Assembly: GCA_017541265.1 (NCBI GenBank)
Contig: JAFXZK010000084.1
Coordinates: 4,217-68,216, forward strand
Reading direction: 5' to 3'
Length of the DNA stretch: 64,000 bases
Source of the DNA: Bacteroidaceae bacterium
GTDB taxonomy: Bacteria; Bacteroidota; Bacteroidia; Bacteroidales; Bacteroidaceae
This document shows positions 17,476-27,066 of this stretch, piece by piece. The position numbers and the translations under genes are program-made. Under the pieces are notes generated by a model. The model was not told where the DNA came from. It ran no database searches and saw only the letters and a list, made by a program, of their open reading frames with translations. Each line of letters starts with the position of its first letter. Position 1 is the first letter of the stretch.

Positions 17476-18741
17476 ATGCTAATAATGAGAAGGCCACTAT
17501 TATTACTATTGTCCTTAGTGGCTCTGGGTGCGAGTGCGCAGGACGTGATTGTGAAGAAGGATGGGACTCCCATTCTCACGAAGGTGCTGGAGGTGAACAC
17601 CGACAACGTAAAGTATAAGAAACATGGCAATCAGGATGGCCCCACCTATACCATTGCCATATCGGACATCCTTTCGCTGACATACGCCAACGGGGACAAG
17701 GAAGACTTCGGCAATGTCTCTTCCACGCCAGCAGAAGCAAATCCGTCAGCAGGCGGGAACTCCAATGCCGATGCTTCACAAGGCTTGATTCAGCTTCCGC
17801 CCGATGCACGCAATGCGGAAATTATCCGTCAGTATAACAAAACTTATCAATCCAATACTAAACATTCCTCCTCGAAGCCAAAGAGTTTTTATGTCTTCTG
17901 GGGTGTGAGGGAGAACTCACTTATGTCTAATGATGAGCTGGAAATGACATTTGAGACAAAGGAGCTTTTTGAGCCTTTGCTGGCATTAGCTTCACCACCA
18001 TGGAAACATGAAGATAAGCATCGCACATACTATATAAAATTGCAAAACAAGACCGACAAGACCATTTACATAGATAGGGGCAATTGCTTCCGCATATTAT
18101 CTGGCAGCACTTATACATATTACAATCCTTCAGAGCAAACCACAATTTCAAATGGAAATACCACAGGAGCAAGTATGAATATGGGGGCAGTTGCCGGTGC
18201 ATTGGGTGTTGGAGGTGTAGCTGGGCAGTTAGCCAGCGGACTAAACGTAGGGGCTGCCAAACAGCATTCCATTTCCAAAACCTATAGCCAGCAACGTATT
18301 TTAGCCATACCACCTCACAGCTTCCAATACCTGACTGAAGAGAAATATGTCGAGGCAAAAGGCAGTAAGTATGGTGGCCATATACTTATAGAAGAAGCCG
18401 AATCGTTCAGTTTCTATGGTGCAAAACTTCCGAATATCTCCTCTTGTGGAGATGCAAATGTTTTTACGGAACAAAACACACCTGACAACATGCAATACAT
18501 CATCACATATTCTACATCGGAGGGTTTTTCTTCTTATTCCTGTCTGACATGCAACATGTATATAAAGGAAGTAATAGGCTATAAGATAAATATTAAGAAT
18601 AAGGCTGGTTTTTTATGTGGAGGCGTTAAAAGCTATCAAGAAGCTTTTGATGGTCTTGATGACTTTGGTATCGTAGGGGTTGAGGATGATAAGTACTCGC
18701 TCAAAATCCAGCAGTGGAGAAGAGGCACAAGGACAAAGTGA
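17476..18741 (+). CDS. secreted hypothetical protein with central glycine-zipper segment
   Basis: Signal peptide RRPLLLLLSLVALGASAQ. GASMNMGAVAGALGVGGVAGQLASGLNVGAA stretch. No enzymatic motif. AT-rich. Confidence 0.6.
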   Translation: MLIMRRPLLLLLSLVALGASAQDVIVKKDGTPILTKVLEVNTDNVKYKKHGNQDGPTYTIAISDILSLTYANGDKEDFGNVSSTPAEANPSAGGNSNADASQGLIQLPPDARNAEIIRQYNKTYQSNTKHSSSKPKSFYVFWGVRENSLMSNDELEMTFETKELFEPLLALASPPWKHEDKHRTYYIKLQNKTDKTIYIDRGNCFRILSGSTYTYYNPSEQTTISNGNTTGASMNMGAVAGALGVGGVAGQLASGLNVGAAKQHSISKTYSQQRILAIPPHSFQYLTEEKYVEAKGSKYGGHILIEEAESFSFYGAKLPNISSCGDANVFTEQNTPDNMQYIITYSTSEGFSSYSCLTCNMYIKEVIGYKINIKNKAGFLCGGVKSYQEAFDGLDDFGIVGVEDDKYSLKIQQWRRGTRTK

Positions 18742-18766
18742 TAGCTCATATCAGTAGCGGCACAAT

Positions 18767-18802
18767 AAAAGGGTACGCAGACAGAGTTCTGTGTACCCTT
18801 TT
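18767..18802 (+). terminator. terminator-like hairpin after the 17476-18741 gene
   Basis: aaaagggtac...gtaccctttt stem with internal acagag/ttctgt pairing, followed by a T-rich tract. Confidence 0.55.
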
Positions 18803-18858
18803 AATGTACTTATTCAAATTTTCTTATCTCTTAATTCTTAACTCTTATTTTTTTTTCG

Positions 18859-18866
18859 TACCTTTG
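18859..18866 (+). promoter_or_regulatory. -7 box (tacctttg), tig
   Basis: Preceded by a T-rich array. 88 nt upstream of the ATG at 18955. Confidence 0.6.
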
Positions 18867-18885
18867 CACCCGCATAAATAAAAGG

Positions 18886-18911
18886 GAAGCCCCTCTTACC
18901 CCCGGTGGGGG
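18886..18911. repeat. GC-rich palindromic unit, intergenic copy in the tig leader
   Basis: aagcccctcttacccccggtggggg. Hairpin ccccc-ggt-ggggg. Confidence 0.5.
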
Positions 18912-18913
18912 AT

Positions 18914-18952
18914 ATAAATAGTAAATGGTAAATGATTAAATCGTAAATAAAC
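18914..18952 (+). repeat. aaatNgtaaat word array upstream of tig
   Basis: ataaatagtaaatggtaaatgattaaatcgtaaataaac. Confidence 0.7.
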
Positions 18953-18954
18953 TG

Positions 18955-20319
18955 ATGAAGATTACATTTGAAAACGTCGACAAGGTGAGCGCACTGCTTA
19001 CCGTGAACATCGAGAAGACTGACTACGAAGACAAAGTTAAAAAGGCTCTCAAGGATTTCAGCCACAAGGCAAGCCTGCCTGGGTTCCGCCCCGGCAAGGT
19101 GCCCGCTTCCCTGATACAGAAGCGCTTCGGCACAGAAATCAAGGCAGAGGAAATCAACAAGCTTCTCAGCGAAGAGGTGAACAAGTACATCCGCGAGAAC
19201 AAGGTGAACATGCTGGCAGAGCCTCTGCCCAACGAGGAGAAGACTCCCGCTATGGACTTCGAGACACAAGACGACTTCACCTTCGCCTTCGACATCGCGC
19301 TTGCTCCCGAGTTCGACGCCAAACTCTCGAAGAAGGACAAGCTCACATACTACGACATCAAGGTGGACGACACGCTTGTTGACCAGCAGGTGCAGAGTTT
19401 CTGCAGCAGAGGCGGCCAGCACGTCAAGGTTGAGAGCTACGAAGCCCGCGACATGGTGAAGGGCACGCTCACGCAGCTCGACGCGAAGAAGAACACGCTC
19501 GAAGGCGGCATCATCGTCGAGGACGCCGTCATGCTTCCCGAATACATGAAGGGTGATAAGGAGAAAGCTAAGTTCGAGGGTGCAAAGGTGGGCGACGTCA
19601 TCACATTCAACCCCGCCAAGGCATACGACGGCAGCGCCACAGAACTCGCCAGCCTCCTGCGCATCAGCAAGGAAGAGGCAGAGGGCATGAAGTCCAACTT
19701 CAACTTCCAAATCTCCGAAATATCACGCTTCGAACCCGCCAAACCCACGCAGGAACTCTTCGACAGGGTGCTTGGCGAAGGCGTGGTGAAGAGCGAGGAG
19801 GAGTTCCGCCAGTTCATCAGGAACGACATCAAGAAGAATTTCGACACCGAGGCCGAGTATCAGTTCATGCAGGACCTGCGCAGCTATCTGCTGGAGCGCA
19901 TCGGCAAGGTGGAGTTCCCCGAAGCACTCCTGAAGCGCTTCATGAAGCTCCGCAACGCCGACAAGGGCGAGAAGTACGTCGATGACAACTTCGAGAAGAG
20001 CCTGCCCGAACTGCTCTGGCACCTTGCCAAGGAGCAGATTTGCGACCAGTTGGAGATTAAGGTGGAGCATGAGGATGTGCTCGAGACCGCCAAGACCTAC
20101 ACCCGCATACAGTTCGCATCCTACGGCATGATGAACTTGCCCGAGGAGTCCGTCACCAGCTACGCCACCGAGATGCTCAAGAACGAGCAGCAGGCGCAGG
20201 GCCTCGTGGAGCGCACCGTAGAGAACAAGCTTGCAGCAAAGGCGAAGGAAACCGTCACGCTGAAGAAGAAGGAAGTCTCGATGGAAGAGTTCCGCAAACT
20301 CACCGAGAAGAAGGATTAA
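18955..20319 (+). CDS. tig: trigger factor
   Basis: The N-terminal ribosome-binding region includes LPGFRPGKVPASLIQKRFG. Lies upstream of clpP-clpX. Confidence 0.9.
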   Translation: MKITFENVDKVSALLTVNIEKTDYEDKVKKALKDFSHKASLPGFRPGKVPASLIQKRFGTEIKAEEINKLLSEEVNKYIRENKVNMLAEPLPNEEKTPAMDFETQDDFTFAFDIALAPEFDAKLSKKDKLTYYDIKVDDTLVDQQVQSFCSRGGQHVKVESYEARDMVKGTLTQLDAKKNTLEGGIIVEDAVMLPEYMKGDKEKAKFEGAKVGDVITFNPAKAYDGSATELASLLRISKEEAEGMKSNFNFQISEISRFEPAKPTQELFDRVLGEGVVKSEEEFRQFIRNDIKKNFDTEAEYQFMQDLRSYLLERIGKVEFPEALLKRFMKLRNADKGEKYVDDNFEKSLPELLWHLAKEQICDQLEIKVEHEDVLETAKTYTRIQFASYGMMNLPEESVTSYATEMLKNEQQAQGLVERTVENKLAAKAKETVTLKKKEVSMEEFRKLTEKKD

Positions 20320-20364
20320 AGAAAAGTCCCTAACGACCTTAGGGACCTTAAAAAAACAAAGGCT

Positions 20365-21036
20365 ATGAAAGACGAGTTTCGCAAATACGCCACACGGCAC
20401 TTGGGCATGAACAGCATGGCGCTGGACGATGTTATCAGCGCACAAAACCAGTACCTCAACCCCTATATCCTTGAGGAGCGCCAACTGAATGTCACGCAGA
20501 TGGACGTCTTCAGCCGCCTGATGATGGACCGCATCATCTTCCTCGGCACGGAGATTGACGACTATACTGCCAACACGCTACAGGCGCAGCTGCTCTTCCT
20601 CGACAGCGCCGACCCCGGCAAGGACATCAGCATCTATATCAACAGCCCGGGCGGCAGCGTCTATGCCGGACTCGGCATCTATGACACGATGCAGTTCATC
20701 GCCAGCGACGTGCGCACCATCTGCACGGGCATGGCTGCCAGCATGGCCGCCGTGCTGCTTGTGGCAGGCCAGGAAGGCAAGCGCAGCGCCCTCAAGCACA
20801 GCCGCGTCATGATGCACCAGCCCATGGGCGGCGCACAGGGACAGGCCAGCGACATCGAGATTACTGCCCGCGAGATTCAGAAACTCAAGAAGGAACTCTA
20901 CACCATCATTGCCGAACACTCGCACACCGACTTCGACAAGGTCTGGGCCGACAGCGACCGCGACTACTGGATGACGGCGCAGGAAGCTCTGGAGTACGGC
21001 ATGATTGACCGAGTGATGACGAGGAAAGAGGAATAG
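20365..21036 (+). CDS. clpP: ATP-dependent Clp protease proteolytic subunit
   Basis: [11 protein letters not shown] (active Ser), MMHQP (His), SDRDYWM (Asp). Confidence 0.95.
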   Translation: MKDEFRKYATRHLGMNSMALDDVISAQNQYLNPYILEERQLNVTQMDVFSRLMMDRIIFLGTEIDDYTANTLQAQLLFLDSADPGKDISIYINSPGGSVYAGLGIYDTMQFIASDVRTICTGMAASMAAVLLVAGQEGKRSALKHSRVMMHQPMGGAQGQASDIEITAREIQKLKKELYTIIAEHSHTDFDKVWADSDRDYWMTAQEALEYGMIDRVMTRKEE

Positions 21037-21037
21037 A

Positions 21038-22264
21038 ATGGTAAAGCGTAAGAACCGCTGCTCGTTCTGCGGACGCAGCGAGGACGAGGTGGCACTGCTC
21101 TTGAGTGGCTTGAATGGCTACATCTGCGACGAGTGCGTCCGGCAGGCAGAGAAGATAGTCAGCGAGAATATGGGCGGCGAGGTTCGCCTGAAGGCTGGCA
21201 GCGAGGGCTTTGACATGCGCGGGCTTCCAAAGCCTCACGACATCAAGGCTTTCCTCGACCAGTACGTCATCGGCCAGGACAGCGCCAAGCGTTATCTCTC
21301 TGTTGCCGTCTATAACCACTATAAGCGTCTGGCGCAGCCAGAGAACGACGTGGAGATAGAGAAGAGCAACATCATCATGGTCGGCCCCACTGGCACAGGC
21401 AAGACATTGCTGGCACGCACCATCGCCAAGCTGCTCAAGGTGCCGTTCACCATCGTGGATGCCACCATCTTCACCGAGGCAGGCTATGTGGGCGAGGACG
21501 TGGAGAGCATCCTGACGCGGCTGCTGCAGGTGGCTAACTTCGATGTGACCGCCACAGAGCGCGGCATCGTCTTCATCGACGAGATAGACAAGATAGCACG
21601 CAAGCAGGACAACCCCAGCATCACGCGCGACGTCAGCGGCGAAGGCGTGCAGCAGGGACTGCTCAAGCTGCTCGAAGGTTCGATTGTCAATGTGCCGCCA
21701 AAGGGCGGGCGCAAGCACCCCGACCAGGACTACATACATGTCGATACGCGCAACATCCTGTTCATCTGCGGCGGAGCCTTCGACGGCATCGAGCGCAAGA
21801 TAGCACAACGCCTGAACACCCACGTCGTCGGCTACGACAGCGTGCAGAACCAGCGGCGCATCGACACGAAGGAGCTGATGAAGTACATCGTGCCGCAAGA
21901 CCTGAAGAGCTTCGGACTCATTCCCGAAATCATAGGCCGTTTGCCCGTGCTGACCTACCTTAACCCCCTCGACCGCGACGCACTGCGCCGCATCCTGACC
22001 GAACCCAAGAACTCGCTCGTCAAGCAGCAGATAAAGCTCTTCGAAATGGATGGCATCAAGCTCACCTTCGAAGAGGATGCTCTGGACTACATCGTTGACA
22101 AGGCTGTCGAGTACAAACTTGGTGCACGCGGCTTGCGCTCAATTATGGAGGCCATCATGATAGAGGCGCAGTTCAATGCCCCGTCAGAGCAGGAAAAGAC
22201 ACTCACCATCACTCGCAAGTACGCCGAAGAGCAGATAAAGAAGAATGAGGAAATGAAGAAATGA
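21038..22264 (+). CDS. clpX: ATP-dependent Clp protease ATP-binding subunit ClpX
   Basis: N-terminal zinc-binding CSFCGR...CDEC, Walker A GPTGTGKT, Walker B VFIDEIDK. Confidence 0.95.
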   Translation: MVKRKNRCSFCGRSEDEVALLLSGLNGYICDECVRQAEKIVSENMGGEVRLKAGSEGFDMRGLPKPHDIKAFLDQYVIGQDSAKRYLSVAVYNHYKRLAQPENDVEIEKSNIIMVGPTGTGKTLLARTIAKLLKVPFTIVDATIFTEAGYVGEDVESILTRLLQVANFDVTATERGIVFIDEIDKIARKQDNPSITRDVSGEGVQQGLLKLLEGSIVNVPPKGGRKHPDQDYIHVDTRNILFICGGAFDGIERKIAQRLNTHVVGYDSVQNQRRIDTKELMKYIVPQDLKSFGLIPEIIGRLPVLTYLNPLDRDALRRILTEPKNSLVKQQIKLFEMDGIKLTFEEDALDYIVDKAVEYKLGARGLRSIMEAIMIEAQFNAPSEQEKTLTITRKYAEEQIKKNEEMKK

Positions 22265-22350
22265 GGAAATGAAAAGGGAAATAATACGCTTTTCTTTCTT
22301 TTTTCATTTTTATATTCTTTCATTCTTATATTCTTTCATTCTTTCATTTT
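22250..22350. repeat. inverted gaatgaaa / tttcattc word arrays downstream of clpX
   Basis: gaatgaggaaatgaagaaatgaggaaatgaaaaggg ... ttttttcatttttatattctttcattcttatattctttcattctttcattt. The first arm supplies the last clpX codons (KKNEEMKK). Confidence 0.7.
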
Positions 22351-22386
22351 TATCTAAAATAATTTGGTAGTTTGAGCAAAAAGACG

Positions 22387-22394
22387 TATCTTTG
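22387..22394 (+). promoter_or_regulatory. -7 box (tatctttg), recQ
   Basis: 28 nt upstream of the ATG at 22423. Confidence 0.55.
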
Positions 22395-22422
22395 TCTTTA
22401 GCTTTGTTCTAATACCACCTAA

Positions 22423-24600
22423 ATGACAGAGATAAATCTGACTGAACAGCTGAAGCATTACTTTGGCTTTGATACTTTCAAAGGCGACCAGGAAGCCATT
22501 ATCCAAAACCTGCTTGAAGGCAAGGACACCTTTGTGCTCATGCCTACCGGCGGCGGCAAATCGCTTTGCTACCAGTTGCCTGCATTGATAAGTGAGGGTA
22601 CGGCTATTGTCGTCTCTCCGCTTATCGCTTTGATGAAGAACCAGGTGGATGCCATACGCCAGCTGACGGACGACGACGGCATCGCACACTATCTCAATTC
22701 CTCGCTCACCAAGGCACAGATAGATACAGTGAGGCAGGACATCAGCGACGGTCGCACGAAGTTGCTTTATGTTGCACCCGAGTCGCTGACCAAAGAGGAG
22801 AACGTCCGCTTCCTGTCCAAGACGAAGATATCCTTCTATGCTGTCGATGAGGCGCACTGCATCTCGGAGTGGGGGCATGACTTCCGCCCCGAGTACCGCA
22901 ACATACGTCCGCTGGCAGACCAGATAGGCAGGGCGCCCATCATCGCCTTGACTGCCACTGCGACGGATAAGGTGCGCACGGACATCAAGAAGAACCTCGG
23001 CATCCCCGACGCTACGGAGTTCTGCAGCTCCTTCAACCGCCCTAACCTCTACTACGAAATTCGTCCCAAGACGAAGGACGTGGACAAGGATATCACGCGC
23101 TTCGTGCTCCAGAATAAAGGCAAGAGCGGCATCATCTATTGCCTGAGCCGCCGCCGCGTGGAGGAGCTGGCAGAGATGCTCCGCACCAACAACATCGCTG
23201 CACGCGCCTACCATGCCGGCATGGAGTCAGCGGAGAGGGCAGAGACGCAGGACGACTTCCTCATGGAGCGCATCGACGTCATCGTGGCGACCATTGCTTT
23301 CGGCATGGGCATCGACAAGCCCGACGTACGCTACGTCATACACTATGACATCCCAAAGAGCCTCGAAGGCTACTATCAGGAGACTGGCCGCGCAGGCCGC
23401 GACGGCGGCGAGGGCATCTGTCTCACCTTCTTCTCCCCCCACGACCTGCGCAAGCTCGAGAAGTTCATGCAGGGCAAGCCTGTGGCGGAGCAGGACATCG
23501 GGCGGCAGCTGCTGCAAGAGACGGCAGCATACGCCGAGACATCCATCTGTCGACGCAAGTTCCTGCTCCATTACTTCGGCGAAGAGTACGAGCCTGATAA
23601 CTGCGGCAAGTGCGACAACTGCCTGCATCCGCGTGAGAAGATTGAGGCTGCCGACGAACTGCTCCTTGTCCTGCGTGTCATCAGCGCTGTCAAGGAAGGC
23701 TTCAAGACAAACCACGTCATCGATGTTCTGCTGGGCAACGAGACCGACGATGTGCTGTCGCACCGGCACGAGGCGCTCAGTTGCTTTGGCTGTGGCGACG
23801 ACCACGAGGCACCGTTCTGGAATGCTGTCATCCGTCAGGCCATGATTTCGGGCTACATACAGAAGGGCATCGAGAACTACGGCCTCCTCAGCATCACGCC
23901 AGAAGGACGCGAGTACATGAAAGACCCGGACGAGTTCTACATCACCGAGGACCGCGAGTTCGACGACTTCAACGACGTGGCTGTCGAAGGGACATCAGTC
24001 CTCGACGAGACGCTCTTCGCCATGCTCAAGGACCTGCGCCGCGATGTGGCACGCCGCAAGAACCTGCCGCCCTACGTCATCTTCCAGGATCCATCGCTCG
24101 AGGACATGGCAACGTCTTACCCCACGACGGTCGAAGAGTTGCAGAACATCAAGGGCGTGGGCGTAGGCAAGGCAAATCGCTATGGCGCCGAGTTCTGCCA
24201 GCTCATCGCACGCTACTGCGAGGAGAACGAGATAGACCGATTCGAGGACTTCCGCATACGCACCGTCCCCAACAAGAGTGCCGACAAAATCAGCATCGTG
24301 CAGTCCATCGACCGGCAAGTGGACCTTGAGCAAATCGCCAAAACCAAAGGACTCACCTTGAGCGAACTGCTCGATGAAATCTATTCCATCGTCGACAGCG
24401 GCACAAAGCTCAACCTTGACTATTACATCCGCGAAGTCATGGACGACGACCACATGCAGGACATCTATGACTACTTCCGCGAGGCGGAGGACAATAACAT
24501 CGACGATGCGCTCGACGAGTTTGCTGAGGACGAGGACGAGTACACCGAGGAGGAAATAAAGCTCGTCCGCATCAAGTTCCTCGCCGAGAACGGGAACTAA
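22423..24600 (+). CDS. recQ: ATP-dependent DNA helicase RecQ
   Basis: MPTGGGKSLCYQLPA, VDEAHCISEWGHDFRPEY, Zn-binding CRRK...CGKCDNC, C-terminal HRDC-like region. Confidence 0.95.
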   Translation: MTEINLTEQLKHYFGFDTFKGDQEAIIQNLLEGKDTFVLMPTGGGKSLCYQLPALISEGTAIVVSPLIALMKNQVDAIRQLTDDDGIAHYLNSSLTKAQIDTVRQDISDGRTKLLYVAPESLTKEENVRFLSKTKISFYAVDEAHCISEWGHDFRPEYRNIRPLADQIGRAPIIALTATATDKVRTDIKKNLGIPDATEFCSSFNRPNLYYEIRPKTKDVDKDITRFVLQNKGKSGIIYCLSRRRVEELAEMLRTNNIAARAYHAGMESAERAETQDDFLMERIDVIVATIAFGMGIDKPDVRYVIHYDIPKSLEGYYQETGRAGRDGGEGICLTFFSPHDLRKLEKFMQGKPVAEQDIGRQLLQETAAYAETSICRRKFLLHYFGEEYEPDNCGKCDNCLHPREKIEAADELLLVLRVISAVKEGFKTNHVIDVLLGNETDDVLSHRHEALSCFGCGDDHEAPFWNAVIRQAMISGYIQKGIENYGLLSITPEGREYMKDPDEFYITEDREFDDFNDVAVEGTSVLDETLFAMLKDLRRDVARRKNLPPYVIFQDPSLEDMATSYPTTVEELQNIKGVGVGKANRYGAEFCQLIARYCEENEIDRFEDFRIRTVPNKSADKISIVQSIDRQVDLEQIAKTKGLTLSELLDEIYSIVDSGTKLNLDYYIREVMDDDHMQDIYDYFREAEDNNIDDALDEFAEDEDEYTEEEIKLVRIKFLAENGN

Positions 24601-24609
24601 GAAAAACGA

Positions 24610-24639
24610 AGCACGTTACGATTGTCATCATAACGTGCT
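24610..24639. terminator. hairpin between convergent recQ and kbl
   Basis: agcacgtta-cgattgtcatca-taacgtgct (9-bp perfect stem). On the minus strand it is followed by tcgttttt c. Confidence 0.5.
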
Positions 24640-24695
24640 ACGATTGCCATCATAACGTGTTGTGTTTGCTAACGCAGCACGTTATGTTTTATAAG

Positions 24696-25883
24696 TTACT
24701 TCAGTACGCCGAGTTCCTTACCTACTTTAATGAAGGCGGCAATGCACTTGTCGAGGTGCTCGCGCTTGTGTCCGGCGGAGAGCTGTACGCGGATGCGGGC
24801 CTCGCCCTTGGGCACAACGGGGTAGTAGAAGCCAGTGACGTAGATGCCTTCTTCCTGCATCTTGGCAGCAAAGACTTGCGAGAGCTTTGCGTCGTAGAGC
24901 ATCACGGCGCAGATGGCGCTCTGTGTGGGCTTGATGTCAAAGCCAGCTGCCATCATCTTGTCGCGGAAGTAGTTGACGTTCTCCACGAGGCGGTCGTGCA
25001 GTTCGTTCGATTCCTTCAGCATCTTGAACACTTCCAGCGAAGCGCCGATGATGCAGGGAGCCAGGGAGTTGGAGAAGAGGTAGGGACGCGAACGCTGGCG
25101 CAGCAGGTCGATGATTTCTTTTCGACCTGTTGTGAAGCCGCCAAGTGCACCGCCGAAGGCCTTGCCCAATGTGCCGGTGTAGATGTCAACACGTCCGTAG
25201 GTGTCGGTCAGCTCGCTCACGCCGTGACCAGTCTTGCCTACAACACCTGCCGAGTGGCTTTCGTCAACCATCACGAGTGCGTCGTACTTCTCGGCGAGGT
25301 CGCAAATCTTGTCCATCGGGGCGACATTGCCGTCCATCGAGAATACGCCGTCGGTCACGATGATGCGGAAGCGCTGTGCCTGTGCCTCTTGCAGGCATTT
25401 CTCCAGTTCCTCCATGTTGGCGTTGGCGTAGCGGTAGCGCTTTGCCTTGCAGAGACGCACGCCGTCGATGATGCTGGCGTGGTTGAGGGCATCGCTGATG
25501 ATGGCGTCCTCCTCCGTGAAGAGCGGCTCGAAGACACCGCCGTTGGCATCGAAGCAAGCGGCATAGAGAATGGTGTCCTCCGTCTTGAAGTAGTCGCTGA
25601 TGGCAGCCTCCAGCTCCTTGTGGATGTCCTGCGTGCCGCAGATGAAGCGTACGCTCGACATGCCGAAGCCGCGCTTCTGCATCATGTCCGTTGCGCCCTT
25701 GATGAGGCGAGGATTGTCGGAGAGACCAAGATAATTGTTGGCGCAGAAGTTCAGGACTTCCTTGCCCTTGACTTGTATGGCTGCCTCCTGTGGGCTTTCG
25801 ATGAGGCGCTCTTCCTTGTAAAGGCCAGCTTCACGAATCTCAGCGAGCGTCTGACTGAGATGTTCTTTCATTTTACCGTACAT
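24696..25883 (-). CDS. kbl: glycine C-acetyltransferase (2-amino-3-ketobutyrate CoA ligase)
   Basis: Alpha-oxoamine synthase pattern NNYLGLS, DESHSAG, TLGKAFGG (PLP Lys). Divergent from tdh. Confidence 0.9.
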   Translation of the reverse strand: MYGKMKEHLSQTLAEIREAGLYKEERLIESPQEAAIQVKGKEVLNFCANNYLGLSDNPRLIKGATDMMQKRGFGMSSVRFICGTQDIHKELEAAISDYFKTEDTILYAACFDANGGVFEPLFTEEDAIISDALNHASIIDGVRLCKAKRYRYANANMEELEKCLQEAQAQRFRIIVTDGVFSMDGNVAPMDKICDLAEKYDALVMVDESHSAGVVGKTGHGVSELTDTYGRVDIYTGTLGKAFGGALGGFTTGRKEIIDLLRQRSRPYLFSNSLAPCIIGASLEVFKMLKESNELHDRLVENVNYFRDKMMAAGFDIKPTQSAICAVMLYDAKLSQVFAAKMQEEGIYVTGFYYPVVPKGEARIRVQLSAGHKREHLDKCIAAFIKVGKELGVLK

Positions 25884-25906
25884 AGTGTTAATGGTTATAG
25901 GTTATT

Positions 25907-25924
25907 GGTTATAGGTTATTGAAG
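25907..25924. repeat. left arm of a perfect 18-bp inverted repeat in the kbl/tdh divergent region
   Basis: ggttataggttattgaag is the exact reverse complement of 26026-26043. Embedded in a longer ataggtt word array (25889-25924). Confidence 0.85.
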
Positions 25925-25945
25925 CCTTTGGAATGATTTGTCATG

Positions 25946-25953
25946 CAAAATTA
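25946..25953 (-). promoter_or_regulatory. -7 box (taattttg on minus strand), kbl
   Basis: 62 nt upstream of the start at 25883. Confidence 0.5.
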
Positions 25954-25996
25954 CAAAAAAAACTTCATTCTTCGTTCTTCATTCTTCATTTTTTTG

Positions 25997-26004
25997 TAAC
26001 TTTG
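25997..26004 (+). promoter_or_regulatory. -7 box (taactttg), tdh
   Basis: 57 nt upstream of the ATG at 26062. Confidence 0.55.
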
Positions 26005-26025
26005 CATGTGCTAAAACTAAAAACG

Positions 26026-26043
26026 CTTCAATAACCTATAACC
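26026..26043. repeat. right arm of a perfect 18-bp inverted repeat in the kbl/tdh divergent region
   Basis: cttcaataacctataacc. The word array extends to about 26058. Lies 18 nt upstream of the tdh ATG. Confidence 0.85.
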
Positions 26044-26061
26044 TATAACCAATAACTATTC

Positions 26062-27015
26062 ATGAAGAACATACTTATTATCGGCTCGACGGGACAGATT
26101 GGTTCCGAGCTGACCATGCACCTGAGAGGCATTTATGGAAACGAACATGTTGTGGCAGGCTACATCCCCGGAGCAGAGCCGAAGGGCGAACTGTTGGAGA
26201 GCGGCCCGTCTGCTCTTGCCGATGTGGTCAACGCCGAGAGCATTGCCGAAGCTGTGAAGAAGTACAACATCGACACCATCTACAACCTCGCCGCCCTGCT
26301 CTCTGTCGTGGCAGAGTCGAAGCCCCGCCTGGCTTGGAAGATAGGCATCGACGGCCTCTGGAACATCCTCGAGATTGCACACGAGAACAAGTGCGCAGTG
26401 TTCACGCCCAGCTCCATCGGCTCGTTTGGCATCGATACGCCGCACGACATGACGCCGCAGGACACCATCCAGCGCCCGCGCACCATCTATGGTGTGTCGA
26501 AGGTAACGACCGAACTCCTTAGCGACTGGTTCTTCCACAAGTACGGCGTCGATACACGCTCTGTCCGCTTCCCGGGCATTATCTCCTATGTCACACCTCC
26601 AGGCGGCGGCACCACCGACTATGCCGTTGACATCTACTACTATGCCGTTCGCGGCGAGAAATTCACTTGCCCCATTAAGGCTGGCACGCACATGGACATG
26701 ATGTATATGCCCGACGCCCTCCATGCCGCAACGATGCTGATGGAGGCCGACCCGACGCGTCTCAAGCACCGCAACGGCTTCAACATCGCAGCCATGAGTT
26801 TCGACCCCGAAATGATTTTCAAGGCCATCAAGAAGTACAAGCCGGAGTTCGAGATGGTTTATGACGTTGACCCGCTGAAGCAGTCCATCGCCGAGTCTTG
26901 GCCCAACTTCATGGACGACACCTGCGCCCGTCAGGAGTGGGACTGGAAGCACCAATATGACCTTGATGCCATGACCAAGGACATGCTCGACAAACTCGCA
27001 AAGAAGCTGCTGTAA
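26062..27015 (+). CDS. tdh: L-threonine 3-dehydrogenase, epimerase-like short-chain (SDR) type
   Basis: GSTGQIGSEL Rossmann motif, YGVSK catalytic Tyr-x3-Lys. Paired with kbl. Confidence 0.8.
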   Translation: MKNILIIGSTGQIGSELTMHLRGIYGNEHVVAGYIPGAEPKGELLESGPSALADVVNAESIAEAVKKYNIDTIYNLAALLSVVAESKPRLAWKIGIDGLWNILEIAHENKCAVFTPSSIGSFGIDTPHDMTPQDTIQRPRTIYGVSKVTTELLSDWFFHKYGVDTRSVRFPGIISYVTPPGGGTTDYAVDIYYYAVRGEKFTCPIKAGTHMDMMYMPDALHAATMLMEADPTRLKHRNGFNIAAMSFDPEMIFKAIKKYKPEFEMVYDVDPLKQSIAESWPNFMDDTCARQEWDWKHQYDLDAMTKDMLDKLAKKLL

Positions 27016-27029
27016 GGCAGCTTCTTTGC
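26998..27029 (+). terminator. hairpin overlapping the tdh stop codon
   Basis: gcaaagaagctgc-tgtaag-gcagcttctttgc (13-bp perfect stem), then atatattcttt. Confidence 0.6.
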
Positions 27030-27066
27030 ATATATTCTTTGTGGTTTTGCAAGTTGAATTATCCGG

